Notes: generated from the letters alone by a model not told the origin. A stretch of 64,000 bases of DNA from an uncultured Pseudomonadales bacterium (GCA_964583795.1 CAZOWX010000005.1:861-64860), one strand, 5' to 3'; shown: positions 29,890 through 39,981, counted from the first letter of the stretch. Program-made: numbers and translations.

Positions 29890-30693
29890 ATGTTGACCGA
29901 TATTTGCTATCAATTTCCAGTACAAACAAACACAGAACTTGATTTTTTCAGACTGCTTAAACAACTGTTCGAAGAATTCAAAAACGCTTTCATTGAAAAG
30001 AGCACTATTACGGTGATCCCCATCAATCCACAAAATTGTTTACCAAAAACAATAATAGAACATTCACACACAACTCACCCATCTGTAATGATGAAATTTG
30101 ACAATGAGAATGAGTCTACGCTTAACTCTTCACTGCAAAAAATGCTCATTATCACCAACAACAAAGCAACCAAGGCATCCTGCCCATTTCATGAGCTAAC
30201 CCAAAAAATTTCGGGTCATCTGAAACGCATTGATCATACCGGCGTTAACTTTCCGTCATCGCAGCTTTCAAAAACACAATGGGACACATTTATACACAAT
30301 CTAGCACTGACTACCACTCTTTATCGTTATCCAACGGGAGATGATTGGCCTTTTATTCTTCCAGCAACCCAAACCGAGTACCGTGATGACATACACGATT
30401 TTGTTTTGGGGAGAGAACCAAAGTTTGAGTTAGTATACGATCGCTTTACACTTTTACCAACTTTCCAGTTCGATATCCAAACAGATCTCACTCAATTGGA
30501 AGTTGAGAGCTTGTTTCCCAATCCACTCGGTGAAAGCTTCAGCGGGTTGGAAAGTGTTTTTCGAGCTGTATATATTGAATCTCCCTGGGATACCATTCGG
30601 ATTCGGTTCGATATCCGCTTCAAAGACAACGGGAAAGAAAATGATTGGATATCAGGCAAATGGTTAGTACAAGAGGGTGGACGAATCAAGTAA
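29890..30693 (+). CDS. Conserved hypothetical protein (possible VOC-like fold)
   Basis: RIDHTGVNFP, REPKFELVYD; TATACT upstream of ATG. Confidence 0.65.
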   Translation: MLTDICYQFPVQTNTELDFFRLLKQLFEEFKNAFIEKSTITVIPINPQNCLPKTIIEHSHTTHPSVMMKFDNENESTLNSSLQKMLIITNNKATKASCPFHELTQKISGHLKRIDHTGVNFPSSQLSKTQWDTFIHNLALTTTLYRYPTGDDWPFILPATQTEYRDDIHDFVLGREPKFELVYDRFTLLPTFQFDIQTDLTQLEVESLFPNPLGESFSGLESVFRAVYIESPWDTIRIRFDIRFKDNGKENDWISGKWLVQEGGRIK

Positions 30694-30701
30694 AATCATC
30701 T

Positions 30702-31172
30702 CTAATTCAACACCACTATCGCTGCGTTTAACACAGTGGCAAAACTCACCCAGGACAAATAAGGGACTAACAAGTAAAACGCAGATTTTGATAGCGGATA
30801 AAACTTTTTCATGGTCAGAACAATCAAAACCCACAGCGCAATGATGACAAATAAAGCGATCAGTGGGGATCTCAGTCCAAAAAAGATGGGAGACCAAACA
30901 AAGTTGAAGCTCAGCTGAGCGAGAAAATACTTCATGGCAGTTTGAACATTTCTCTTTTTCCAGTTTTGTCGCCAAATCAAAAAGAAGGCAATTGCCATCA
31001 AGAAATAAAGAGTAGTCCATACCGGCCCAAAGATCCAGTTTGGTGGTGAAAATGAAGGTTTAGTAAGTGTTGAGTACCACGACCGAATTGAAGAAATAGT
31101 AAACACACTGCCCAAAACACCCACCAGCTCGCAACCGACGATTGAAATGATGAGTTTTGGCAAATTTTTCAT
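30702..31172 (-). CDS. tspO: TspO/MBR tryptophan-rich sensory protein
   Basis: WYSTLTKPSFSPPNWIFGPVWTTLY..LVPYLSWVSFATVLN. Confidence 0.95.
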   Translation of the reverse strand: MKNLPKLIISIVGCELVGVLGSVFTISSIRSWYSTLTKPSFSPPNWIFGPVWTTLYFLMAIAFFLIWRQNWKKRNVQTAMKYFLAQLSFNFVWSPIFFGLRSPLIALFVIIALWVLIVLTMKKFYPLSKSAFYLLVPYLSWVSFATVLNAAIVVLN

Positions 31173-31318
31173 CTACTCTAGTATGGAGCAAATTTGAAAC
31201 AAGAGCAATGCTTGGTGAAAAATATTTTGTTTCAAATCTATTCAACATTAACAAATTTTTGAGAGCGAAGATATTTAGTATAGAATAGAGGGTTATAGGT
31301 GGTAGTGAACTAAGGGGT

Positions 31319-32227
31319 ATGAAAAAAACAATTGGATTTTCATCGCTTTTGCTGGCTGCAATTTCTTTTGGTTCATTTGGAGTTTGGATTCGGTTATTGG
31401 CAAAAGAAATGTCAGTCTATCAACAAATTGTGCTGAGAAACTCATTTGCATTTTTGTTCGCTTTTTTCGTAGTGTTCGCGACCAAGCAATTTTCAAAGAT
31501 TAATTGGTCAGTTGTTAAAAAAATCAACCTCTTGTTATACGCATTTTTGATCCCTTTATCAGTCATTGCCTACAATATTTCAATGTTAAATACAAAAATA
31601 GTAATAGCGACTTTCTCTTTGTATATTGGGACCATTTTGACGGGATGGGTAGCCGGAGCTGTTGTGTACAAAGAAAAACTCAATACTCAGAAATGGGTTT
31701 CTCTTTTTTTAGTGCTAGGTGGCTTGGTTTTTTTTGCATATCCGTTTTCAAGTTCTAGTATCAACCTTGGACTTGTAGCAGGTATTATGAGTGGTATTTT
31801 CGATGGTACTGCCAATAGCTTTCGAAAAGATTTGGCTGGCAAGATGAATAAGCTTTTCTTAGTGTTACTTACCGCTATTGGTGGCATGCTCGTATCTGGA
31901 CTGATGATGAGCTATTTTCACCAAGATTTACAATTTTTTAGTTCAATGTCAGCCAGTGCGTGGATGATTGGAGCTTTTTTTGGATTCATATTGGTCGTTA
32001 TCAATTATCTGCTGCTGGTCGGGTTTCAAAATTTTGACCTTGGTATGGGTTCAATTGTTTTGTCTCTCGAATTAGTGTTTGCCACTGTTTTTGGGATCAT
32101 TTTCTTAAAAGAATTTCCAAGCACAAAAGAGGTTCTCGGTGGTTTACTCATTTTAGGTGCAAATGTAGTCCCAAATATCAATTTAGTACTAAAGAAAAAG
32201 CAAACACTTACAATAACAACCAGTTAG
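31319..32227 (+). CDS. EamA/DMT family transporter
   Basis: About 10 TM helices; SLELVFATVFGIIFLKE..GGLLIL. Confidence 0.9.
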   Translation: MKKTIGFSSLLLAAISFGSFGVWIRLLAKEMSVYQQIVLRNSFAFLFAFFVVFATKQFSKINWSVVKKINLLLYAFLIPLSVIAYNISMLNTKIVIATFSLYIGTILTGWVAGAVVYKEKLNTQKWVSLFLVLGGLVFFAYPFSSSSINLGLVAGIMSGIFDGTANSFRKDLAGKMNKLFLVLLTAIGGMLVSGLMMSYFHQDLQFFSSMSASAWMIGAFFGFILVVINYLLLVGFQNFDLGMGSIVLSLELVFATVFGIIFLKEFPSTKEVLGGLLILGANVVPNINLVLKKKQTLTITTS

Positions 32228-32261
32228 CCATGATTACGTTACCGAAAGTTGACTTTATTGA

Positions 32262-32290
32262 TTTACATTCAAACAGAAACATTCTATAAT
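32262..32290 (+). promoter_or_regulatory. Sigma70-type promoter
   Basis: TTTACA-17 nt-TATAAT. Confidence 0.75.
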
Positions 32291-32298
32291 TCCTCCCA

Positions 32299-32417
32299 AT
32301 GTACACGTTCGATCACGTATTAGCAGTTAATAATACCCTCAGATTTAAAGCTGGGGTGCTCGTCGTGTAACAAAAAAATTAACACAATTTCCACCCCAGC
32401 GAAAGCTGGGGTTTTTT
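32299..32417 (+). promoter_or_regulatory. Transcription attenuator with 23-aa leader ORF
   Basis: Leader MYTFDHVLAVNNTLRFKAGVLVV* (32299-32370); gctggggtg (32350-58) complements caccccagc (32392-400); terminator accccagc-gaaa-gctggggt-ttttt. Confidence 0.8.
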
Positions 32418-32440
32418 GTGTTGGCTAAAGAAAGGACACT

Positions 32441-33973
32441 ATGCTCAAAGCAAGTGACAGATCTATCCCAAGAACTATGGCTACCCAACATCCGGATAAC
32501 GCTCGTGCCCCCTACTGGCACCACAGTGCGCTGGTGACTGCGGCTGAAGAGGTGAAAGAAAGTGTTGTCTCCTGGAGGGAGCTTGGGTGCGAAGAAGTGA
32601 AGTGGGACTGGGAAGGGAAGTTGGTCGAAGAAACGGTATTAGAAAGGTTATTTTCGACGGAAACGCAGTATTTTGCACAACACCCGCTCGGCAGTGCACA
32701 CTTTCTTACCTTTCGCATTCCCCATCCAGCAAAAGAAAAAGGTGGTCGATACTGGCGAGCCTTAACCAGCGTCGCTACTGCACAAGCTCTGGTTGAACAG
32801 TTGTCTTTAGATCGCTCACCCATGATGGAAGTGATTTTACCCATGACGACTTCAGCTGAGGAAATTATTCGCGTCCATCAAGATCTTGAAGAGCTCACAA
32901 TATACTATGCATCTAAATTCAAAGTTTCCACACCAACGCAACCCAGTGCTTTGCAAGTCATTCCACTGGTTGAATCAATCGAAGCACTCTCACAATACGA
33001 TCGAATTATTGAGGGCTATACCGATTGGTACGCGCATCATTTCAAGCAAAAACTCATTTCGTTTCGTCCCTACATCGCTCGTTCTGATCCAGCATTGCAA
33101 TCAGGTTTATTAGCCGCTGTGTTAGTCAGTAAGCTAGCGTTAAGTAGGATTCATGAGGTGGGAAGAAAAAAAGCTGTAGAAATGTATCCCATTATTGGGG
33201 TCGGTTCACTACCCTTTCGAGGTGGATTATCACCGATAACAGCCAGTGAAATGGAAAAAGAGTATCAAGGAGTAGCAACGTTTACCATTCAATCTGCTTT
33301 TCGCTACGACTATGATTCACAAATAGTCAGAAAAAGTATCAAAGTTATGAACAGTGCCCCATTTCGCACTGCACCACAACTGACAAAAGAGGAGGAAGAC
33401 TTTTTACATCGTTCGATTGCAATCGCTAGTCATAGCTATCAACAAGCGCTTGCTCCACTGCTTCCCTTATTTCCTTTGGTATCGCCATTCATTCCCAAAA
33501 GAAGAGAGCGCTTTTCCAGTCAAAACTCTGTATTTGCATACGATCGAACAACTCAAGGTGTTTCGCTGCCACGCGCGATTAGCTTCACTGCTATTCTATA
33601 CTCAATTGGTTTGCCACCGGAGTTGCTGGGAATGGGATCTGCTCTTCATGAAATAGCTCAATTATCAAAGGGAACAAAGTTTTTGGAACAATTGTATCCA
33701 TCACTCGCCTCGCATCTGCAAACAGCCGGACACTATCTCAATAAAGAGAACTTGGCACAGCTGATCAAAAAGTATCCCAGTCTGCAAAAAGTGGCAGAGG
33801 ACATTCGACGTACAGAAGAACTTCTGGGAATTGAGTTTGAACCAACGACAAGCGAAGAGCAGCAGCATTACCAACTCTCATCAGAAATTATCAGTCAATT
33901 GTTCTCTGCTCAAACTACTCAGTTAGTTACTAACATTGAACAAGCAGCCAAGTTACGAAAAAGTATTGGTTAA
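32441..33973 (+). CDS. ppcA: Archaeal-type phosphoenolpyruvate carboxylase
   Basis: IPRTMATQHPDNA, WDWEGK, EVILPMT, IARSDPAL, GVGSLPFRGGL, TIQSAFRYD, LPRAISFTA.LYSIGLPPE. Confidence 0.95.
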   Translation: MLKASDRSIPRTMATQHPDNARAPYWHHSALVTAAEEVKESVVSWRELGCEEVKWDWEGKLVEETVLERLFSTETQYFAQHPLGSAHFLTFRIPHPAKEKGGRYWRALTSVATAQALVEQLSLDRSPMMEVILPMTTSAEEIIRVHQDLEELTIYYASKFKVSTPTQPSALQVIPLVESIEALSQYDRIIEGYTDWYAHHFKQKLISFRPYIARSDPALQSGLLAAVLVSKLALSRIHEVGRKKAVEMYPIIGVGSLPFRGGLSPITASEMEKEYQGVATFTIQSAFRYDYDSQIVRKSIKVMNSAPFRTAPQLTKEEEDFLHRSIAIASHSYQQALAPLLPLFPLVSPFIPKRRERFSSQNSVFAYDRTTQGVSLPRAISFTAILYSIGLPPELLGMGSALHEIAQLSKGTKFLEQLYPSLASHLQTAGHYLNKENLAQLIKKYPSLQKVAEDIRRTEELLGIEFEPTTSEEQQHYQLSSEIISQLFSAQTTQLVTNIEQAAKLRKSIG

Positions 33974-33989
33974 CAAGAAAGGAAAATGT

Positions 33990-35171
33990 ATGTCATTACA
34001 ACTTGCCACCAGAACACAATGCTTAGCGGCATCGGAAACGCTTGCGATGAACGCCCAAGTCAGTGAGTTGCGCAAGCAAGGGGAATCAGTCATCAGTCTA
34101 GGGGCTGGTGAGCCTGATTTTGCTCCACCAACAAAATTAATCAAAGCCACACAAGCAGCATTAACACACTCCTTTCACTACGCTCCGGTGAAAGGTATCG
34201 TGGAGCTCCGGACCGCTATCGCACAAAAGTTACAGCGAGAAAACAACATAGTGACTTCGCCTGATTCAATTGTGGTGACTGCTGGGGCGAAACAGGCGCT
34301 GTTCAACTTGATTGCGGTGCTTTGTGATGTCGGTGATGAGTGTATCGTGCCAACACCAGCTTGGGGAAGTTATCAAGCGATGATTGAAGTGTTTGGTGGA
34401 GTGATGGTAGGAGTAGATACGTCAGCTTCTGATTTTACGATTACGGCCAAAGCTATAGAGTCGGTCATCACTGCCAAAACCAAGCTGATCATTGTAAGTT
34501 CGCCACACAACCCTACTGGGAATGTAATCTCCAAAGATGAATTAATTGCGATTGCTCGTTTGGCGAAAGAAAAAAACGTGCTAATTATTTCCGATGAGGT
34601 ATATGAACACTTTGTGTATGATGGTCAGTCGCACTTTTCCCTAGAGAGTCTTGATGAGTTTAAAGATATCGTGTGCACGGTCAACTCATTTTCAAAAAGT
34701 TTGGGAATTACGGGATGGCGTGTTGGGTACTGTTGTGGTCCGAAGGAAATAATGACCAAGGTTGAACAGTTACAATCGCACTCAACTTCAAATCCGGTTT
34801 CTGCTGTGCAGTATGGGTTAGCAGAAACGTTGAATCAAAAATCATTCTCCGATTTTTATCAACACAACAAAAACATGTATCAGCAACGACGAGATGTTAT
34901 TTGCGCGACGCTGCAAGAAGTTCCTGGTTGCTCCGTGATTAGACCACAAGGTGCTTTTTATGTATTTGTGAAATTTGCCGATTCCATCATCAATCGTTTT
35001 GGCGGCTCAACCGCGCTCGCTCAATCACTGCTACAAGCACAACTCGTGGCCACAGTTCCCGGCGTTGCCTTCGGTCAACAATATGATAACTATCTGAGAC
35101 TTTCATTTACTTTGCCTGAGGAGGAGTTGGTTGAAGCGGTTGCAAGAATAAAAAGGCATGTGAACAAATAA
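33990..35171 (+). CDS. aspC: PLP-dependent class I/II (aspartate) aminotransferase
   Basis: ISLGAGEPDF, GAKQAL, SPHNPTG, SDEVYE, SFSKSLGITGWRVGY, PQGAFY. Confidence 0.88.
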   Translation: MSLQLATRTQCLAASETLAMNAQVSELRKQGESVISLGAGEPDFAPPTKLIKATQAALTHSFHYAPVKGIVELRTAIAQKLQRENNIVTSPDSIVVTAGAKQALFNLIAVLCDVGDECIVPTPAWGSYQAMIEVFGGVMVGVDTSASDFTITAKAIESVITAKTKLIIVSSPHNPTGNVISKDELIAIARLAKEKNVLIISDEVYEHFVYDGQSHFSLESLDEFKDIVCTVNSFSKSLGITGWRVGYCCGPKEIMTKVEQLQSHSTSNPVSAVQYGLAETLNQKSFSDFYQHNKNMYQQRRDVICATLQEVPGCSVIRPQGAFYVFVKFADSIINRFGGSTALAQSLLQAQLVATVPGVAFGQQYDNYLRLSFTLPEEELVEAVARIKRHVNK

Positions 35172-35303
35172 ATACTCCTTTGCAACTATGACTATCGTAA
35201 TGAACTTTCTTAACATTGAAACTACTGTACTAACGATTAAAGAAATCTCGTTTCCTCAAGCTTTACACTTAGTATATGGTTTACCACCTTTCAGCTATCT
35301 ATT

Positions 35304-35921
35304 TCAGTAAAAAAGCACCAGATAAACGATAATAACAATACATATGCAAAGTGCTGTAAAAACACCAAAATACATCATTGTATGAAATGGAGACTTTTGT
35401 CCGTTAAGGAAACTCAATTGTTGTGTCAATTTACTTCGAAAATTGAGACTGTTTAACAACTCAAATGAAATTGTTGGGGTTACAGATACGTTGATCAGAG
35501 CCTGTAAGGGAAGCACTTTTGTCACCCTCCAACCGAGTGATACCAAAACAGTCGTTACTGATTCATAGAGCGAGGAATTCACCACAAAATACTGCTCTTG
35601 TTCATTAATACGAACCGATCGATCCTTTAGCTGAATCGAGGCAAAGGGAATCGCATCTCGAAATGACTGCTTTTCCTGTACTAATGCTTGGTCTAAAGAA
35701 TCAGAAAGCAAAAATGCTTGCTGAAAAACCAACTCTTCACCCAAGAAAATGACACACTTACTTGGTTTAAATTGGGAAAATGCAGCACTCAATTCTTCCT
35801 CAAATTTGTTTTTGTCAACAATTTCTTGATTCCGAACAGCTTCACTAGAAAATGGCACATGTTGAGAAGACTCTTTAGTCAGTAACACCAAACCTTCTCG
35901 TTGGAGTAGGATATATACCAT
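35304..35921 (-). CDS. Hypothetical protein with C-terminal TM (possibly PilM/GspL-like)
   Basis: 205 aa, directly downstream of the pilin cluster. Confidence 0.55.
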   Translation of the reverse strand: MVYILLQREGLVLLTKESSQHVPFSSEAVRNQEIVDKNKFEEELSAAFSQFKPSKCVIFLGEELVFQQAFLLSDSLDQALVQEKQSFRDAIPFASIQLKDRSVRINEQEQYFVVNSSLYESVTTVLVSLGWRVTKVLPLQALINVSVTPTISFELLNSLNFRSKLTQQLSFLNGQKSPFHTMMYFGVFTALCICIVIIVYLVLFY

Positions 35922-35937
35922 ACTCTCCTAGTATAAC

Positions 35938-36414
35938 CTATCTCGAAACGTAAATGTCAGTAGTGCCCTCTGTCCCACAGGCACGAACAGTGACGAGTCC
36001 ATTTGCATCAACCACGATCGAATAAAGAGTTTTTTCAGCAGTCCCAGTATTTGGATCAACTGGTATTGATTTTAAGTATTTTACCAACGGAGTTGAAAGG
36101 TCAACACAAGCTGTTGTTGCAACTGAACACCCACCAGTTGACACAGTACAAGCACTAGCAGAAGTACCCAGCTGTGCTTCGTTCATACCAGCGCTCAATC
36201 CAGACGGATAGGAACCTTTGTTATCAACAATATATGCATGAACTGCTGTCAAAATTGTATCAACATCGGAGGTTCGACGCGCATCGCGAGCATCTTTAAG
36301 TCTCTGTGCTGGATTTAGAGCAACAAAAACGCTCACAGCTAACGCAACAAGTACGGTAATCACAACCAGTAACTCAATAAGCGTAAAACCTTTGTTTAAA
36401 TGTGCTTTTTTCAT
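35938..36414 (-). CDS. Type IV pilin / GspG-like major pilin
   Basis: KGFTLIELLVVI, ARDARRTSD, YLKSIPVDP. Confidence 0.92.
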   Translation of the reverse strand: MKKAHLNKGFTLIELLVVITVLVALAVSVFVALNPAQRLKDARDARRTSDVDTILTAVHAYIVDNKGSYPSGLSAGMNEAQLGTSASACTVSTGGCSVATTACVDLSTPLVKYLKSIPVDPNTGTAEKTLYSIVVDANGLVTVRACGTEGTTDIYVSR

Positions 36415-36454
36415 ACTCTTTCCTCTACTCTCGAATAAATAGATAAGTAATAAA

Positions 36455-36706
36455 CTACTTTCTCATTGGTATCGATTCTTTTTGCTGCACACTCGTAGTT
36501 ACATCTCTATTCACACCTGGTAAACAAATAGATCTGCCAGAAAGAATAGCGATTCTTTCCATTAGCAAAAAATGATTGATCTGGGTTTGTTGCTTCAACA
36601 CAACATAAATGCTCACTATTGAGAGAAGTACTGACAAAAACAAGATAACTTGTTGTGAGGATGTACTATCAAGTGGTGAGACCGATTTTTGAGATTTTTT
36701 GGGCAT
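36455..36706 (-). CDS. Small single-TM protein in the pilus cluster
   Basis: 83 aa, one TM helix. Confidence 0.55.
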   Translation of the reverse strand: MPKKSQKSVSPLDSTSSQQVILFLSVLLSIVSIYVVLKQQTQINHFLLMERIAILSGRSICLPGVNRDVTTSVQQKESIPMRK

Positions 36707-36759
36707 GTCTTATCTTTTCTCTTTTCATGGCCTTTGTCAAGGCTATTTGGCCTATGCTC

Positions 36760-37149
36760 TTAAATTTCCAACCAGCTCGTCACTGCAATAGTTGTTCCAC
36801 GGGTGGCTTTAATTCGAACACTCCGTGGGTAGTCAGAGTTCAAACTGGTTACTGTAATATCCCAGTCCGGATTCCCGGAATTGATGGTAACCAAACAACT
36901 TCCTTCAGGACGAATAAGCGTTCCTCCTGACCATCCAGAGACATCATGGATTTTTTGCAAAGCGTCTTCAGCACATCCATCTACCAAGTTCCAGCTGAGT
37001 TCCCCCTTCGAGTTGCTTAGTCCAAGTTGAGCCTCCCCAATTGCCAAAAGTGACACACTTGTTGCAACTCCCATCAACACCGCGCCAATCACTAAAACTA
37101 ACGTCAGCGCAATAAAACCCTCATTGCTTTTTTTTGGTGTGTTTAACAT
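36760..37149 (-). CDS. PilX-like minor pilin
   Basis: GFIALTLVLVI (no Glu5), DGCAEDAL. Confidence 0.8.
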   Translation of the reverse strand: MLNTPKKSNEGFIALTLVLVIGAVLMGVATSVSLLAIGEAQLGLSNSKGELSWNLVDGCAEDALQKIHDVSGWSGGTLIRPEGSCLVTINSGNPDWDITVTSLNSDYPRSVRIKATRGTTIAVTSWLEI

Positions 37150-37150
37150 G

Positions 37151-37672
37151 CTAAAAACCCCTTAGCTCTACAGCAGACTGATACGTCTCACTCGCTTTAT
37201 ACTCGGCTCTTGGGCCACTACCTGACTGCTCAATTGAAAAAGTAAAACCAATGTTTTGGGTCAAGAGATCAACCGATGAGTTGTTTGTAAACAAGAAATT
37301 AGTTACGTGGACACTTGCCGAGTTAAGGTTCGTCGTAGGACCAGATCCTTGTTTGATCGTAATATTGGGGACACTCCAGGTAATAACTGTTGGATTTAAT
37401 GAAGACGTCGCTTTGACTAAGGAAATACTTGTAGAGGTGACACTGTTTATTCCAGTTGAGTTGCGAATCTCAGACTTAACGCGTTCACTGATAAAGCGAG
37501 CATTACTGCTCACTTCATGTTGTATACTACTTTTTGCCTTTACAAAAAGGATATTCCAAACAAATGGAACCAAAGCACTCAACATAATTGTAATTATAGA
37601 CACATACAAAATTGCCTCAATAAAGGTAAATCCTAGTTGGCTTAAAGCCTGGGAATTAAATTTAGACATCAT
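37151..37672 (-). CDS. PilW-like minor pilin
   Basis: GFTFIEAILYVSI..EIRNS. Confidence 0.85.
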   Translation of the reverse strand: MMSKFNSQALSQLGFTFIEAILYVSIITIMLSALVPFVWNILFVKAKSSIQHEVSSNARFISERVKSEIRNSTGINSVTSTSISLVKATSSLNPTVITWSVPNITIKQGSGPTTNLNSASVHVTNFLFTNNSSVDLLTQNIGFTFSIEQSGSGPRAEYKASETYQSAVELRGF

Positions 37673-37690
37673 CTTAGTTCGCTGTATGAC

Positions 37691-39508
37691 TTATAAATTT
37701 TTCCAGTAGGCGTATGAGAATGGTCCTTGAGTATTTGTCTCAAGAGCAGCGCCAGAATCCGAGTTCGACCAAGTAAACGATGAGGTGGAGTTCATAACCA
37801 ACCGTTTGGCAAAGATATCAAGCGCAGAATCACCAACAGTAAACATCAACCGATCAGGATTCTTCGGATCTAGCTGAATATCGTACCATCCCTGCGGATT
37901 AGCAAAAGCGGGTGTGGGAATAAAATCAGATTGTTTCGAAGGGGCTCCACTACCGCTTCCAATATACCATCCAACATTCGTCGAACCTGAGTCGTGGTAC
38001 ACCACGACGTAGCGCTGCGACGCGCCACTCGTTAACCACCCGGTCGCCACTAACTTTGCTCCTGCTACAGGCGTCGTTGCAGAAGTATCAACATTTGACC
38101 TTCCAGACCAACTCGATCCAGACCAGTACGCCACTGAAAGATCTGATGAAGAATTTCCGAGTGCTGCTAACACCATCTCATTACTCGACGGATTTGCTGA
38201 TAAGTCAATATTAGTCCCCTCATCAGCAACTGTAGGAATAGCCGCTACAGCTGACCAGGATTGGGAATATCGTGCGTACCGCATGCAATTGTTTCCAGCT
38301 GAACAACTCGAAGTTACTCGCGGACTCCACACAACCATTAAATTGCCAGTTTGGCTTTCCATTCCAATATCAAAAGAGGGTGAATCAGCAAACAGTCCTC
38401 CGACTGATTCTAGGTTCGTTTCGAACGCTGTGTTTGGCTCCGCCACACCAAACGAATTACCCGTCCACTCCATTGCCGACAAATCCAGATTGCTATCGAC
38501 CCAAGCGATACCAATCGTGTTCGAGCCACTTACAGGACTTGATTCCATTCGAATCCACTGAACTGTCCCTGTTGTTCTTACAGTAGAAAATGTGGTTGCA
38601 TTACTCCAATTGGCTGCACCACACCCTAAGGTTCCCTGTTTTGTTCGGTACGCTAGCTCGTTTGAGCCACCAGTGTTTGTAGAATACACCAGTAATGCAT
38701 CTCCTGAATTCGTTTCGTAAGCTATTGCAAAACGCTGCGTCTCTCCTGATCCCCCCACTGTTGCTGCCCAATCACTCGTCCACGTCGTTCCATCAAAGCA
38801 CAACACTCGCAACTCACCCACTCCATTGACATAACCCATAATGGCCTCTTGCTTCAAAGGACTTGTTTTTATTTTAAAGCTTTTTCCTGCAATCAAATCG
38901 GAGTATGACGCATCAATGTTTAACTCATCGGTAAAACTGTCAGACGCGTTTGAGTAGGTACGATATTTTGGTTGTGAGAATGCAATCGCATCTCCATACA
39001 CAATAACGCCATCACCGACATTTGCTATTGTTGACTTCCAGTCTGTAAGATACTGCGTTTGCACAACACTCTGAGGTCTAGCGGCCGTGAGATTCCAAGC
39101 AGTCGTGACGGCTACTTTGACCGTGTTCGCATCGAGGGTTCCTCCACTTGATACGATATTCCCTGAACTGTCACGTTCCACACTTTGCACAGAAATTACT
39201 CGAGAAAACCGAGTATCTGATGCAAGTTGATTACTAGAACCTGCAAATTTCCAAACTCCGCTATTTACTGCAACCCCAGTGTTTCCTCCTCCAACCATGG
39301 CATACACTGACGAGAATGATTGATTGCGAATTGACCGGACGGCTTCCATCCCCTCTGTCGTGTACTGGTTTGCAATACTGATTTCAGATCCCAGTCGCAT
39401 GTTATCAAGGGCTGAAACTACCGCCACTACTCCACCAGTCGCAAAAGTAACAAAGATCGCAGCCGAAAGAACCACTTCAATAAGAGAAAAACCACTTCTT
39501 GTATTCAT
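37691..39508 (-). CDS. PilV-like minor pilin fused to a large C-terminal beta-rich domain
   Basis: GFSLIEVV..EGMEAVRSIRN..VKVAVTTAW..YLTDW followed by about 445 aa of Trp/Ser-rich repeats. Confidence 0.85.
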   Translation of the reverse strand: MNTRSGFSLIEVVLSAAIFVTFATGGVVAVVSALDNMRLGSEISIANQYTTEGMEAVRSIRNQSFSSVYAMVGGGNTGVAVNSGVWKFAGSSNQLASDTRFSRVISVQSVERDSSGNIVSSGGTLDANTVKVAVTTAWNLTAARPQSVVQTQYLTDWKSTIANVGDGVIVYGDAIAFSQPKYRTYSNASDSFTDELNIDASYSDLIAGKSFKIKTSPLKQEAIMGYVNGVGELRVLCFDGTTWTSDWAATVGGSGETQRFAIAYETNSGDALLVYSTNTGGSNELAYRTKQGTLGCGAANWSNATTFSTVRTTGTVQWIRMESSPVSGSNTIGIAWVDSNLDLSAMEWTGNSFGVAEPNTAFETNLESVGGLFADSPSFDIGMESQTGNLMVVWSPRVTSSCSAGNNCMRYARYSQSWSAVAAIPTVADEGTNIDLSANPSSNEMVLAALGNSSSDLSVAYWSGSSWSGRSNVDTSATTPVAGAKLVATGWLTSGASQRYVVVYHDSGSTNVGWYIGSGSGAPSKQSDFIPTPAFANPQGWYDIQLDPKNPDRLMFTVGDSALDIFAKRLVMNSTSSFTWSNSDSGAALETNTQGPFSYAYWKNL

Positions 39509-39951
39509 CTCGATACCATTCCTTGGCTTGAAATTATAATCGTTTCAGTCTCTCCAGCTCCGGAAATGGTGATTGTAGGAGTTGTTCCTGGAAAACCGCT
39601 CACTTTGCTAAAATTCACGTCTGACAACCCAGACACTTGTACTCCTGCATCCACTGAAAACTTTTCATCAAGTGCAACAACTCGCGTATTGTACGAATTT
39701 CCTCGGTAGAGAGTCATAGCATTTGACTGAAAAGAAACCCCCCAATTGCTACTTCCTTTACTTAACATGGCATTCATTTGCGCTTTTCGCAACTGCGAAA
39801 CGAGCAGATCAGTCGTGTTTCCAACCGAACTTTGAGTCAAGAACCGGCTTCCAAACGCGCTGGTCATGGTACCCAGTAACAAAGTTAACGAAATCACCAA
39901 CAATAGTTCTATCAGTGTAAACCCAGTTTTTCGGAACATACGCATTCTCAC
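39505..39951 (-). CDS. FimT/GspH-like minor pilin
   Basis: GFTLIELLLVI..LRKAQ..WGVSF. Confidence 0.85.
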   Translation of the reverse strand: MRMRMFRKTGFTLIELLLVISLTLLLGTMTSAFGSRFLTQSSVGNTTDLLVSQLRKAQMNAMLSKGSSNWGVSFQSNAMTLYRGNSYNTRVVALDEKFSVDAGVQVSGLSDVNFSKVSGFPGTTPTITISGAGETETIIISSQGMVSR

Positions 39952-39981
39952 TAACCACTATGATTTAGCGACAAATCAAGT

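Noticed and set aside
32299-32417. Purine riboswitch or T-box
   Set aside because: Lacks the purine-aptamer junction and loop consensus and the T-box UGGNACC motif
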